Shown here: positions 1 through 28,172 of the stretch, one piece after another
How positions within the stretch are numbered: the first letter of the stretch is position 1
Layout of the letters: every line of letters begins with the position of its first letter
Assembly: GCA_044892525.1 (NCBI GenBank)
Contig: CM097885.1
Span: 49,602,001 to 49,666,000, forward strand
Length of the DNA stretch: 64,000 nt
Reading direction: 5' to 3'
DNA from: Schmidtea polychroa
Taxonomy: Eukaryota
Position numbers and translations under genes: made by a program
Notes under the pieces: model-generated
Databases searched by the model: none
Seen by the model: the letters and a program-made list of their open reading frames with translations, nothing else
Told to the model about the DNA's origin: nothing

Positions 1-35
1 AATTTTCTATTCGAAATATTATTGACTATTTACAG

Positions 36-15233
<15,198 letters not shown>

Positions 15234-17805
15234 GTAAGTTTAATAGTGTAATAAAGAGAGAATTCGGCAAAAGGTTTTTTCTGTATCTTTTGTTCCAGAA
15301 AGAAACTAGTTCATATAAACTTTTGACACACCTTCCTATTGTTACTCGTAATAAAAATTGAAAAGAATCAAAGATTTTTTTTCCGTTAACGCAATTTTTA
15401 GCAATTATTTTTCGAGCTGGGAACCCTAAAATAAATTATTTTTTTCATCTGCACTATTCATTTGATACAACTAAAAAATATCAATTTTTATTGTAAATCT
15501 TATTAGGAAAAATATCATGTTATGCAAATATAACGACACAAAAGATAAGATATGTAAAGAACTACACCGACATAAGCGTGTAACAATAATAACGACCAGA
15601 GGAAGTGCGCAAAATAAACGTAAATTATGAAGATACTAAGAACAAATTATTTTATTAAAATTTATTTAAAAATCGTCAACGAAAACCATCGTTGGTCTAC
15701 TGCATTGGTATTTTATTCCACCTCTGTAACTTTTCTTCGCACATCTCCATGATATACAACCATTTTGCATTTATATGGTTTTGACTTATTCGATATCCAT
15801 CGCGTAACATGTGCTCTTTCTTATTTTGCAATTTTATTGTTTCCATGATTGCTAATGCTTACGTCCGTCTTTGATGAATATCAAAAATAATATTAGTTAC
15901 GCTTTTCTGCAAAGGTCTGTGCTCTTGTCTATATGAATTGCTCACAATTTATAAATATTATCTTTCAAATGATAAAATGTTTCCCTTAGTCGTGACTCAA
16001 TATGCTTAGATGCATGGTAACGTAAATTTAAAAATTTTTTTACAGGTTCATTGGACAACATGATTTGTCAATGCTGGTAAAAATGATTTCTTCTGCCTCT
16101 GCATGTGGTTTTTCTTTTTTGTAAACTAAGCTTGATCTATGACAGTTGTAAACTTTTTAGTTCTTTCGATCAGTTTAGAAGACTTAGTCGGAAAGAATCT
16201 ACTCATTCATGTGATCTGAATTTGTCATCTCAAGACTTCGGGTTCATTACTGAGAGTTGTTGAACATAGCAGACATAAAGGAAATAATTAGTTTTTCTTT
16301 GAAGCAATGAAACCATATTTGAGACAATCATCCATATACTTTCATTTTGTATGATTGAAGGTTTAGGCGCAATTTTCATGTTCTTTGTCGATCTAAATAT
16401 TTGTCCATCTGGGTCCGAAAGATTCTCATTTAAAAAAACCATTCCTTATATGGTCCTATATAGGGTCATATTAAAAGTATATTTATTTCATGTTTTAATT
16501 TGTTAAAACAAATAATTATTGGTAATATCTATAATAAATTCTCACTTTTATTTATTTGTTCAATATTATTTTATAATAACAGGCCACTATTTTATTAAAT
16601 TATTAGTATAAAATAATATTTTGGTCAGTATTAATAATTAAGAGTCAACAAAATTTTACATTATAATTTATTATAATTTTATTTTTTGGTCAGTAAACCT
16701 GAAGGCTTTGGTCAGTATAAATAATAAAATAGCAGTAATATTAAGAGCATAGAGGTGAGAGGCGTATTATCTCTTTTTTGGGTTCCTTTATAATTCATAT
16801 TTTGGTTTATTAAATAAAAATGTGGATATATTTTTTATTACATACTGATGCTTAATTGTAATTACTGACAATTTATTTAACATACTGGTCAATTATTTCG
16901 TCTAACTTAATTTTAATTAAAATACTGATCGTTTTTATATAAGTTGATGCCAAACTGTCATGTAATTTTAAATGTTGACCATTTATTTTAAATACAGGCT
17001 GTCAAATGTAAGTATTATAATTTTAAAATTGATAAAAATAAGTTGAATTTAAAGAAAGTTGAGATTACAAAATTTTTATTTTATTTATAATATTTGATGA
17101 ATTATGAGTTTATGTCGCGTCTGTGTGCGTTTTTTTGCTTTTGACACAGGATTGAGTTGTATACGCACACAGACGCGATCAGTGTAATTTTTTCGACAAT
17201 TATCGAATTATGGAATTTTAATTTAGGATATTTGGATATTTTTTTAGCTAATATCTTTGGATTTTTATATCAGTTGTTTAAATTTGGTAAGTTTTGTGAT
17301 TGTTTTTGAAAATACAAAGGTTTTAAAAATTCGTTTATTAATTTAAAAATGGAAAATGATATTATAATTGTATGGAGTTTAGAAGATGGCAAACAGAGTG
17401 ATATATTATATGGACGTTCAGAATCAATAACGAAACTAACTCATTCCTTGGAAGTGTGGATTTATGTGATTATGTAATCGTATGGAAATTAAATCTTGAT
17501 CATATGAAGTTGAATAAATTCAAATCAGTTGAAGGTTCAGAAATGATTGACTTTAAGCGGACAGTTGACCCATTATCCAAATATGAATTTCTATATATTC
17601 GAACAATAAAACTGTAACAGACGCATGGAAATTTGGACACGAATCTCAATAAATCGGTTTTTATGCTTGCCGTTATCCCCGAACATGAGTTATTACTATA
17701 TGAGGAATCAAGTCAAAGGCTTTTAGCTGATGCTTCGAAAGAATATGATGCTCAATACAAGAGCGAGTTTATCAGAGCCAACATGTTCCGTTCGACATTT
17801 AAACA

Positions 17806-20800
17806 ATATTAATAATTTTTGAATTTTATTTTAAATGTAATGTTATATAAAAATTTAATATAGTATACTGAAATGTAGGTTTGAAATCATAGCTCATAAA
17901 AGAATTATCGATGCTACTGAAATATATTTGAATAACATTAGGAAGTGGTATTGTTGTTGTTTAAATTCTTGTGTAGTGTAAAAATTAAGTGTTGGAATTT
18001 AAATCGTTATTATAATTTTTAGTTATGATGACAGGTGGAAATGATTGCAACTACTATGGTGATCACGCCTACGGGTATTCTTATTGGAAAACTGGTTCCT
18101 GAAAGACTAAGCTTACGAGGTGATAGCGAGAAATTTATCAAGGAATACCAATGGTTTATCGAGAAGAAAGAATTCCTATGAAAATGTAAACAAGCGGATT
18201 GTTGGACATCCATAATTTCGGGCACTTCAGTAGAAAATGTAATTGAAAATTAAAACTGCAATGCTTTGCTTGTTGCGACAAAGGCCATATCAGACGGAAT
18301 TCCCCAACAATTTAATGTAAAAGATGTAACAGTCATGGACAGAAAGACAGCGAATGTTATAGCAACCTCGGAAGAAGGAATCAAACTGTGGATCAAATGA
18401 GGAATACCTATGGACATAGAGAACCGAGACAAAACAGACAATCGGATGCACCACAAATGGGATTCCCAAGTAGAGAAAACAACGGTCAATTTAACAAAAG
18501 TAAAAAAGCCATCATTAAAAGCGAAGATTAACAATGGCATACGAAAACAGGATAAATCAATGCAATAGATGACGATTACCAAAAAGAAAAAGCTCTATCA
18601 AGAGAAGAGCTGATAGGACTTACATGTTAGATAATTCCGGTAAGAGTAAGAATGAATGTGAAATGAATGTTGATAAAAATGATGCATGTAAATAATTGTA
18701 AAAATGAATTTAATGTAAATAGTCAAGTAATTAATACAAATTGTAATGTATCATTATATTTTTTATTTATTTTTAAATTGTAATTAGTATTTGTTGTATA
18801 CGGTTATTTTTATCACCAAGTATGTTAAAAAAATAATAAAACTATATAGTGTAATTTACTATAGTAAATTACAAAATTACAATTGCATCGCTGTTTATTA
18901 TGGTTCTATGACTGTTCACCACATGGCAATTCAACACACACCCGTCTCATCACGTGCCAATTCACCACATTACAATTTCATCACAAAAACTCATACAGGA
19001 ATATGAAACTTATTATCAGTAAAATTTCATATCATTTTAAATACGAATTCAAGTCTCATAATATGGATTATGAACATTTATTAACATAAATTGTATTCTA
19101 ATATTTATAAACAAAAACAAGAAATCACATTCTATAAACAATATTAGGTTGATGCATAAGTAAAATATAACCTAAAAATTATTATATTTAAAACATGAGA
19201 AACAGCTCTCAAAAAACCAAACAACCACAAAATTTAACAATCACTAAGTTCTTGTATAATCAAAATAACAAATGAAGGATGGAGATCAAACAGAAAACGT
19301 TGAGTATTATAAGCGGGAAATGTTTTTATTAAAATTTATTGGAACCAAAAAATTTATCCTATTTGTGATTGTATGAGTTTTGTGATGAAATTATAATGTG
19401 ATGAAATGGTGATGTGGTGAATTGGCACGTGATGGATTATCATGTGGTGAGTCGTCCAAGTGATAAGACGGGTGTGCTGAATTGTCATGTAGTGAACAGT
19501 CCTAGAACCATAATAAACAGCGATGCAATCAGAACAGCCCAAAGTAAACTTAACACAATACAATTTTTGAAAGACCAAAATGTGTAAAGAATTTAAGATG
19601 CTTTTTAGGAATATGCAATTATTACAAGCGCATTATTAAAAAATATTCTTAGAAAGTATGTATGTATGGGATGGATATTGAAAAAATAATTTAAACCGAC
19701 ATATGCTAGTAAGCCTTTGAGGAAACGAAAAGAATATTAATGATGGCACTGATGTTAGTATTCCCTGACTTTATGAGAAAGTGCTGGACACATATACAAG
19801 TATCGATACAATTGGAGCTGTGTCTTTTCAAAAATATTATTTTGGACATGAAAACGTTATTGTTTACGGATCTCATGCAATGAGTAGCCATGACACAGGT
19901 TACTGCATAACGAAAAGATAATTTATGACAATATATTACTTCTGAAAACATTTTATCACTATTTATACTGGAAAATATTTTATTGTGAGGAAATCACAAT
20001 ACCTTTGTAGTAACAAAGAAAAAGCCAATAATGACACAATTCCAGACATGTATTAATCATTTAAGCAGTCTGGATTTGATGGAATACAGGAAAGATATTA
20101 ATCATGCAAATGAAGATAAGCTATCAAAGAAAACGTTCTGAATCTGTATTCAATGCATGATGGAATACGAAGATCCGAAAAGCGGACGAATTAAAGCAAA
20201 GTTATTAGCCGTTACAACGGAATACAACGTAAGTAAGTGTCAAAATGATAATGAAGAAATACAAGAAATAAAAAATGAAATAGAAAAATGCAAGAATACG
20301 ATACATACAAACAAGGACAAACTGTGAATTCAAAAATTTAAAATATGAGATATGGTTAAAGAAACCCAGTCATTATTATGCCATGAAAGAATAAAGAAAG
20401 TAAAAAACTATATCCAACACACCTTTGGCATGGAAGACTGAATAAAAGAAGTGTCAGTAATTGGAAACTGTATTTCTTGTTAGAAAACGAAATCACTTAC
20501 CATAAAGACAAAAGAAGGAACTTAAGAAACCATAAGTACGGAGCCATTTGAAAAGATAGACATGTGAATCAGTAAAAGAAACAGTTAATAGAGAAAAAGA
20601 AAGATATAGTATTATCAATCACTACGGCAGATACATTTCTGGGCTGCTATAGCTAAACAAAATTAAAAAAAACAATATATCAACAATTTTGCTAAACAAA
20701 TGGATATTAAGATTTGATGTAGTGAAAGAACTGTACGTAGACTATGATGAAGGAATCGAGGTACTGTTTTTAAGTCTATGTGATTGGATTAATGGATTAA

Positions 20801-21490
20801 TAGAAAGACAATTTCGTCCAATCAGAGATTATATTAACGCGTTGTTAAGAAAACAAAACCGCTGATATATTTCCGGAAGTAGAATATACCTTGAATACAA
20901 CAATACAAAAAACAATTGGAGTAAGCCAGGAAGAAATTATTTTGGACAGGAGAATTAATAGATCAAAATGGTATAGAAGTATGACAATTTAATAAAGAAA
21001 GAACAATTAAACGGAAATGACAAAAATAAAAGAGATAGAGTACTAATGAATTCGAAAAAAATACCAGGAAGTATTTGAACGTCAGTATACAAAAAGTATA
21101 TAAAGAAAATCCACAAAAGAAGTTATTTGTTAAAAGATGAAGACAAAACAATAATCAGAAATATCGAGAAAATGAATTTTTTAAAGAGGAATGTGAGTCT
21201 TAAGTATCATAAAGAAAATTGAGATTATAAAATTTTGATTTCATTTATTATATTAATAATTTTTGAATTTAATTTTAATTGTAATGTTATATAAAAATTC
21301 ATACAGTATACTGAGATAATGGCTCATCAAATAATTATTGAGTCTTATGAAATGTATTTAAATAGCATTATAAAAAAATGTTGTTTGAATAATCGTGTTG
21401 TGTAAAATATAAAGTGTTGTAATTTAAATTTTTATTATTATTTTAGTTATGCTAGCAGGTGAAAAGTATTACAATATGATTGCAACTTAC
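17806..21490 (+). mobile_element. Highly decayed Ty3/Gypsy LTR retrotransposon
   Basis: RNase H remnant at ~19950-20130 (QTCINHLSSLDLMEYRKDINHANEDKLSK). Integrase remnants at ~20540-20950 (EPFEKID, KWILRFDVVKELYVD, NGLIERQFRPIRDY, PEVEYTLNTTIQKTIGVSQEEIIFG). Diverged ~240-bp direct repeats at 17806-18050 and 21250-21490 may be the LTRs. Confidence 0.7.
18882..19529. mobile_element. Foldback/MITE-like insertion within the Gypsy relic
   Basis: ~115-bp imperfect inverted repeats (ATTGCATCGCTGTTTATTATGGTTCTA... at 18882-18997; reverse complement at ~19370-19529). Confidence 0.6.
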
Positions 21491-22390
21491 ACTGACCAAA
21501 ATTGTATCAAAATAATGAACCATTAAATAACAGTCATGAGAATTTACATTGACTCATTTATATAATAATTTAATTTAAAAATTAAATAATATCTAATTTC
21601 TTTCCTGGCATTTAATATCAATGAAATTAACTATAAAATATTTATGAAGTTAGAATTAAGTAAATTTGATTGCCAAAAAATAATTTTCTTCTCCATTTGG
21701 AATTAAATTGTGTTTTCTATTTGTATTAAATCAGTAATTTTTAACAATAATAATTTATTTATATTAAATTTTCGATTGTACTCCATATTATTTTTATGTG
21801 ATATTAGAAAATGCATTTAAAAAATTGCACCAAAATAAACCGCATGAAAGCAATATGGAGTAATGCTTGATTTTATTAAATATATTATACTAGGATTAAC
21901 CCGTGAAAAATAACGGGGTGAAACAAAGAAATAGAGATATCAACAATTTTAATTTAAATAATCGCAAAAAAAATGATTATTAAAAATATGCGTAACGACA
22001 GTGTACTCAAAAATGTATTTTGAAATTTATTGTAACAGTTCTTTAATTACTATATTTTGAGTAAAAAACCATCATTTATAGTTTAAATATTGTAATGCTA
22101 AGTGATCGAATTGATGACAGTTGCACTTGTTCTTTGTTAATAGCTAGCAAAATCACAATGTTACACATCACAGACATTCATACATACATACGCATGGGCG
22201 TCGACAGGAATTTTTCCAAGGGAGGGGGGGGGGGGGCAAAAAAAACAAAGTAGAGAACTTCTACATATTAATGTAATACTTAAACATACAACAATTAGTA
22301 TCATTTAAATTCTTGTTATGATCATTTACGAAATAAAATTGTTAGTATATATAATCAGATTAATAATAGTATATTGATGGTTTCAATTAA

Positions 22391-24898
22391 CACTAGGACG
22401 GTCGGAAATATTTTATACCTTGGAAGGCCAAACCGGTCAATTTGACCGGTGCACATATGCTCCTTATTTTCATGCTGAGATTTCTATGATGCAACTCATT
22501 TAGCAATACTTTCTTTGTGCTACTAACACGCTTTCAAAATTTAACTATTTTTATTCTAACAGTAGTTAATTTATTAAACTACTTACAACAATGAAATAAA
22601 AATATTTGTTTAGCTGACACAAAGCTACACTATTTTAAACATTGTCTTCGCGTTTATTCAGACTGGTATGTATGTATACTTCATTTCTTGTTTATAAATA
22701 TTCTCTTGCTTTTATTCAAAGATAGTGCTTATTAAAAGTGTAATTAAGCAAGCATTAAGAGTTCTAAGTTTTGAAATTTGGTAAATTAAAAGAATCAAAC
22801 GAAAAACTTAACGAAATGTCATAAGACAATATCTAATAATTGTTATAGAAAATCTTTGAACTTCTTGGGATAACAAACATTATAAAACCGTGTTTTCATT
22901 AGAATCCAATAATAAATTTGACGTTTCTTATTTTACTGACGGAGTTTTTATCATTATTTTAGAATCAAATATGCCAACTAAAAGAATTGCTGCTCAACGT
23001 GCTTTACAGAAGCTATGGAATATTGACGCTGCTCTCTCCGAAGATGAAGATCAGCCTATTGGAAGTGATGATGAGCCCGAAAGAAATGATTCTGACGAAG
23101 AGTTACATGAATGGAACTCTGATGATAATGGAAGTTCGTTAGAAAGTGACAATGAGTCAGTCAATAGCTCAATTTCTTCATTAGAAAATCAGCTTTTATC
23201 TAGCAGGGATGGCACTCTTTGGAATCGAGTAGAAAACAATCACGCTATTAGTGTTGGCAAATTCCCTGCGCACAATAATTTTAATGGAACACCTGGTGTG
23301 AAAGCTTTTGCAAAGCGCAAAATTGACTCACCCCTGAGCGCTTGGCGCTTGATAGTCCCTGAGGGAATGCTGAAGTTAATTCAAAAATACACAATTATGA
23401 AAGGAAAAGAATCTTCGTCAGACTGGTGTATCAGTCTACAAGAATTAGATGCTTTTCTTGGATTGCTGTATCTCCGTGGTGTGTTAGGCTTTCGCCGACA
23501 TTCTATCAATTCAATCTGGTCATCTCAATTTGGATCTCCTTACTTCAGAGAAGTCATGTCTCGGAACCGTTTCCGTGAGATACTGCGCTTTCTTCGTTTT
23601 GATGAACAATGTTCTCGACGTCAAAGAGTAGAACAATATAAATATGCCCATTTTCGTGAAATATTTGACTTGTTTGTTTCAAACTGTCTTCAAGTTTATA
23701 CTCCTAATACCTTCCTTACTGTCGACGAGCAACTTTTGCCGCTAAAAAATAGGTGTTGCTTCATCCAATTTATGCCAAATAAGCCTGATAAATTCGGTAT
23801 CAAATACTGGATTCTCAGTGATGTCAAAACCAAATTTGTCATCAATCAAATGCCATATTTAGGGGCTCACGATAGAAACGAACGCTGTGGATTACGGCTG
23901 GGTGATTTTGTAGTCAGGAAACTAATGGAGCCATTTTTCAATAAAGGATACAATGTCTGCACTGACAATTTCTTTACAAGTCTCTCACTAGCTGAACATC
24001 TCCTTGTAAATCGAACAACATTGGTTGGTACTGTAAGATTAAATTCACGCTTTTTATCATCAGCTCACTTGGAGAAAAAGCCTCTTTTTGAATCGACTCA
24101 TTTATCGTGTCAAAACACTGTCACTGTTTCCTATCAAGGCAAATTGGACAAGAAAGTCATTGTCATGTCAACATTCCATTCTACTGCTAGTGTGAGATCT
24201 GACGAAAAGAGAAAGCCTGAAATGATACACTTTTATAACAAAAATAAGACAGCTGTAGATACCATGGATAGCATGTTGCGTTTATACAGCAGTAAAGCCG
24301 CAACAGCAAGATGGCCAGTCGCTACTTTCTATGATTTGCTTGATAAAGCAGCTCTCAAAGATGCTACGGGATCAACTATAAAAAGAAGGGATTTTATTTT
24401 TGAATTAGCTACATCTCTTTGTGAGGAGTTCAAAAGCCGTCGAACAGCAAGTCCCATCTCTGGTGAACTCTGTTCTGAACAACCAAAATTAAAGAAGCGA
24501 AAAACTTGTTCTGCTCCTCATTGTGATAACAAATCCGGAGCTATATGCCATGTATGTAGTAAAGTTTACTGTGGAAAACATTCCCAAATGACTGTTAAAT
24601 GCTTCGGTTGTGTGTAAATTATATTTGGTTTTATATTTTCTAGTATGTAAGATGATTATGTGTGACTTTCTTGTGTGTTTCAAGATACCGGTCAAATTGA
24701 CCGGTTCGGCCTTCCATGGGGATGGCCTCATTATCTCAGTCGTGACAAATGCTATAATTGAAGCTTTGATATGCACTACAAGTTCACTAAAAATGAATAA
24801 TTGTCACAAAATATGAGACGTTAATTCCTTTTCGTTTTCTCACAAAATAAAAATGAAATTGCTTAACGGTCAAAATGACCGCTCTGGCCGTCCTAGTG
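22391..24898 (+). mobile_element. Full-length piggyBac transposon
   Basis: TTAA TSD at 22387-22390 and 24899-24902. TIRs CACTAGGACGGTCGGA / CACTAGGACGGCCAGA. Internal palindromic repeats ACCGGTCAATTTGACCGGT near both ends. Confidence 0.97.
22971..24617 (+). CDS. piggyBac transposase (PGBD-like)
   Basis: Likely ATG at 22971 (MPTKR); acidic N-terminus; catalytic triad TVDEQ, CTDNFF, AVDTMD; C-terminal Cys-rich domain (CSAPHC...CHVC...CGKH...CFGC). Confidence 0.95.
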   Translation: MPTKRIAAQRALQKLWNIDAALSEDEDQPIGSDDEPERNDSDEELHEWNSDDNGSSLESDNESVNSSISSLENQLLSSRDGTLWNRVENNHAISVGKFPAHNNFNGTPGVKAFAKRKIDSPLSAWRLIVPEGMLKLIQKYTIMKGKESSSDWCISLQELDAFLGLLYLRGVLGFRRHSINSIWSSQFGSPYFREVMSRNRFREILRFLRFDEQCSRRQRVEQYKYAHFREIFDLFVSNCLQVYTPNTFLTVDEQLLPLKNRCCFIQFMPNKPDKFGIKYWILSDVKTKFVINQMPYLGAHDRNERCGLRLGDFVVRKLMEPFFNKGYNVCTDNFFTSLSLAEHLLVNRTTLVGTVRLNSRFLSSAHLEKKPLFESTHLSCQNTVTVSYQGKLDKKVIVMSTFHSTASVRSDEKRKPEMIHFYNKNKTAVDTMDSMLRLYSSKAATARWPVATFYDLLDKAALKDATGSTIKRRDFIFELATSLCEEFKSRRTASPISGELCSEQPKLKKRKTCSAPHCDNKSGAICHVCSKVYCGKHSQMTVKCFGCV

Positions 24899-25059
24899 TT
24901 AAAGTCATTTTTATCGTTGAAACATTAATGTGATTTTAGGAATAAACAGAATCAAAAAACGTAAAAAAAGTTCTTTATTGTATATTTTCCATAAATATTT
25001 GTTCAATTATAAAACAAAATTACAGAGTTATTCATAAATCTTACTTTTTGAAAAGAAAC

Positions 25060-25620
25060 TGCAAACGTCTGTGATCTGGACCAAATTTATTGATCCCTTT
25101 GTCCATTACTTTTCGTTTTTTTTACTGTCATTGATTCTGTCACGATGAACACTCATCGTGGAAAGTCTAGAAAGTCTATTTTCACAGATTATTGACCTTA
25201 GCCACGTTTTGACTCTTCTCGGTGTGCTAAATGATCTTTCAACAGTGCAAGCTGACACTGGCAATGTTAAAGCAATAAGAACTACTTTCTTAATAGCTGG
25301 AAAAAGGTCTGTGAATTATAATAAATCCATCATTCCATCGCTACTTTTGATTTCAAAATCCGACTTTTTATTTGACCACAGCATCAAAATTTTCAATTTG
25401 ATACTCCATTATGATGTTTTCTGTGTGAGTTTTGAATTCATATTTTGAAAGTTTCCACATTTCCACTGGGTGAAGTGAAAATAGACTAAAATCGATTTTG
25501 TTATTGTCATTGAATCTGAATGGTCTTAAAAACTCTTCGACATTTTGTCTGTGCTACATTTAGCTCCATTCTCTTTTATCAAAACTCAGAAACCTTTCAT
25601 CTTTTTTCCTCAAGTAAAAT
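25060..25620 (-). pseudogene. hAT transposase C-terminal dimerization-domain relic
   Basis: Minus strand reads LTLPVSACTVERSFSTPRRVKTWLRSIICENRLSRLS. A hAT-like GC-rich terminus (CATGGGCGTCGACAGG...) at ~22193 suggests the piggyBac inserted inside this element. Confidence 0.75.
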
Positions 25621-25750
25621 AATATTGTTCGACAAACAGTTCAAAAAATGAAAAAAATATTGATCTATAGTCGAAAATGAAGATAGATAATTTGAATTTA
25701 AAAATTATCAATCAGTAAATAAGAAAATAAAGGATTTATTGATAATTATT

Positions 25751-26568
25751 AGTAGTAAGATGTGTCACCTCCAGGACATGTCACATCCAGGACAGGTCAA
25801 GGTCTAATTTTTTAAGGTCAAGGTCAAATTTTTAAGGTCAAGGTCAATTTTTTTAAGGTCAAGGTCAAATTTTTTTTTGGTGCGTGCAAATATAAACAAA
25901 ATTTCATTTTGCTATTCAAATTAATTTTGATTAAATTATAATACGTACACTATATACACGAATAAATTTTTGTTTTAATAATCAATTATAGAATACATTT
26001 CCCAGAATTAAAAAAAAAACTTGCAGTTTTCCACAGTTAAAATTCACTAATTTACGCATATATTTCACATGATGTTTATAATAATGTAATAAATATGGAT
26101 TTGTTAATATTGGCACAATTACAGCATTCACTTTGTAGATTATAAATTTTGACGGATATTTATGACAAATAAGTAAATAGTGATGGCTACTTTAACAGTG
26201 CACTGCACAAATGTAATCAGTAAATAAGGGAGTTAATTTTACTATTGTTTTGTTAGCTTGTCCCCATTCTTTTTCACTGCTTCCCGATTTTCAATTATTT
26301 TTTAAAACATCAAACTGTTGCAAACTTTAAACAAAATATATACTCTTTCTTTTTGGTATCTCGAAAATATTTCAAAAATATTAAGATACCTATTGTGCGA
26401 TTAAATGGTCAAATATCAAATATAAATTTAATAAAACAACACATCATTACTACTTATTAACAAGTAATAAATAGCATTCTTTACTTTCATTTTGTTTATG
26501 AATTTGGATAATTATTTCTATTTTACACTGAGATTAAGAAAATAGAAGATAAAAATAGATTAGTGGTA

Positions 26569-26645
<77 letters not shown>

Positions 26646-26828
26646 GTATAAAATGATGATTGCTTGGTAGCAGCATTTATTATTTAAAACAATAAAATGA
26701 TAATTTAAGCCTTTTGCTGCAAATAATGTATTTAATGAAAGAATTTTCGACTATACGATAGTCCTTCGAAAATTCTTTCATTAAATACATTATTTGCAGC
26801 AAAAGGCTTAAATTATCATTTTATTGTT

Positions 26829-26906
<78 letters not shown>

Positions 26907-27267
26907 TTAAAATGATAATTTAAGCCTTTTGCTGCAAATAATGTATTTAATGAAAGAATTTTCGACTATAAGATAGTCCTTGTCAATCTTTTTTTTTCTC
27001 CCCTCGAATACATCAACTCAAATTTAACAAGGTTAGTCACACAAATCGAATTCTGAAATCAAACAAATGCATTTAATAAAAATTAAAATCATCGACATAC
27101 ACAACCGCCGTTCGCCCGCCCGCCCGCCCGAAGGGGCTGGCGCGATAGTTTGTAAATTTGGTTTAGTTTGAATATTATTATTATTTGATACATAGTTTTA
27201 TTATTTACAATATTCAAAGTATTAATAACAAAGGTAAAGAAATAAATGTTTATTAAATGTATATAGT
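25751..27267 (+). repeat. Polinton left TIR (includes an extra hairpin insertion)
   Basis: Reverse complement of 42728-44020 apart from the ~190-bp insertion, microsatellite length and a few substitutions. Confidence 0.95.
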
Positions 27268-27810
27268 ATGATACTCATTAATATACATTGAACATGCTTT
27301 ACATTTGCGAACATTTGAATCATGGCATTTAGAACATACAATTACATGTCCGCAAGGTAAAAACAAAACCGATACTTGATTTTCTTTACAAATGTAACAA
27401 GTTAAATACATTTTCCTACCATCATTGAGTTTTTTCCTTAGCTTATTTTCAATCAATTCGGATTTCGATATCCATTCATAAATCAATCCACTACTATATC
27501 CTGGTTCCAGCCTTAAATCTATAAAATTCCAAAAGCATTCATTCAATGAATCATTATCTACTATTGCTTTGTCTAAATGCATCAAATAAATCGATAACTT
27601 CAATATGCATTTATTGTAATTAAATAAATCAATCAAATATCCAATGGAGGAATGTTTGAAAATTTCTAAAATTTTTATGGTTTCCTTTTCAGTGAGAGTA
27701 TCATAATTGTTCATAAAATCTTCAACGGTGCAGTTTAAAAACTTGAATGATCTCGTGGTCATCAGTAATTTCTTAATAAATTTATGAAAATACTTATATT
27801 CTGCACACAT
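27253..27810 (-). CDS. Polinton accessory protein with C-terminal IAP-type C3HC4 RING finger (putative E3 ligase)
   Basis: CYICKENQVSVLFLPCGHVIVCSKC...CKACSMYINEYHTIYI matches the IAP/XIAP terminal RING pattern; no BIR motif seen. Confidence 0.85.
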   Translation of the reverse strand: MCAEYKYFHKFIKKLLMTTRSFKFLNCTVEDFMNNYDTLTEKETIKILEIFKHSSIGYLIDLFNYNKCILKLSIYLMHLDKAIVDNDSLNECFWNFIDLRLEPGYSSGLIYEWISKSELIENKLRKKLNDGRKMYLTCYICKENQVSVLFLPCGHVIVCSKCHDSNVRKCKACSMYINEYHTIYI

Positions 27811-28172
27811 TTATAAGAGATACATTAAAACAACTCATTTATTAAACAAGAAAATAATTTAAAATCAATAATGGTAATTTTAAGGATTATCTTCGATAGA
27901 TTTTATTGAATAATGGTTCATTAAAAAGGTCTTGAAGAGCTCTATCCAATGGTTATATATTTGAAGATATAATGTTTGTGCACAATATAGTAAGTATTAT
28001 TATTTTTATTATTATTTTTATTAACAAACTACATTCTAATAAAATACTTTTACACATCAAATTATTAAAAAAAAAATCAAAGAAATAAAACCGATAATTA
28101 TAAAACGAAAAAGAGACTTTACAATAATTTCTATTTTACAAAAATTCAAACAAGTCCGATCACAGAATTAAA

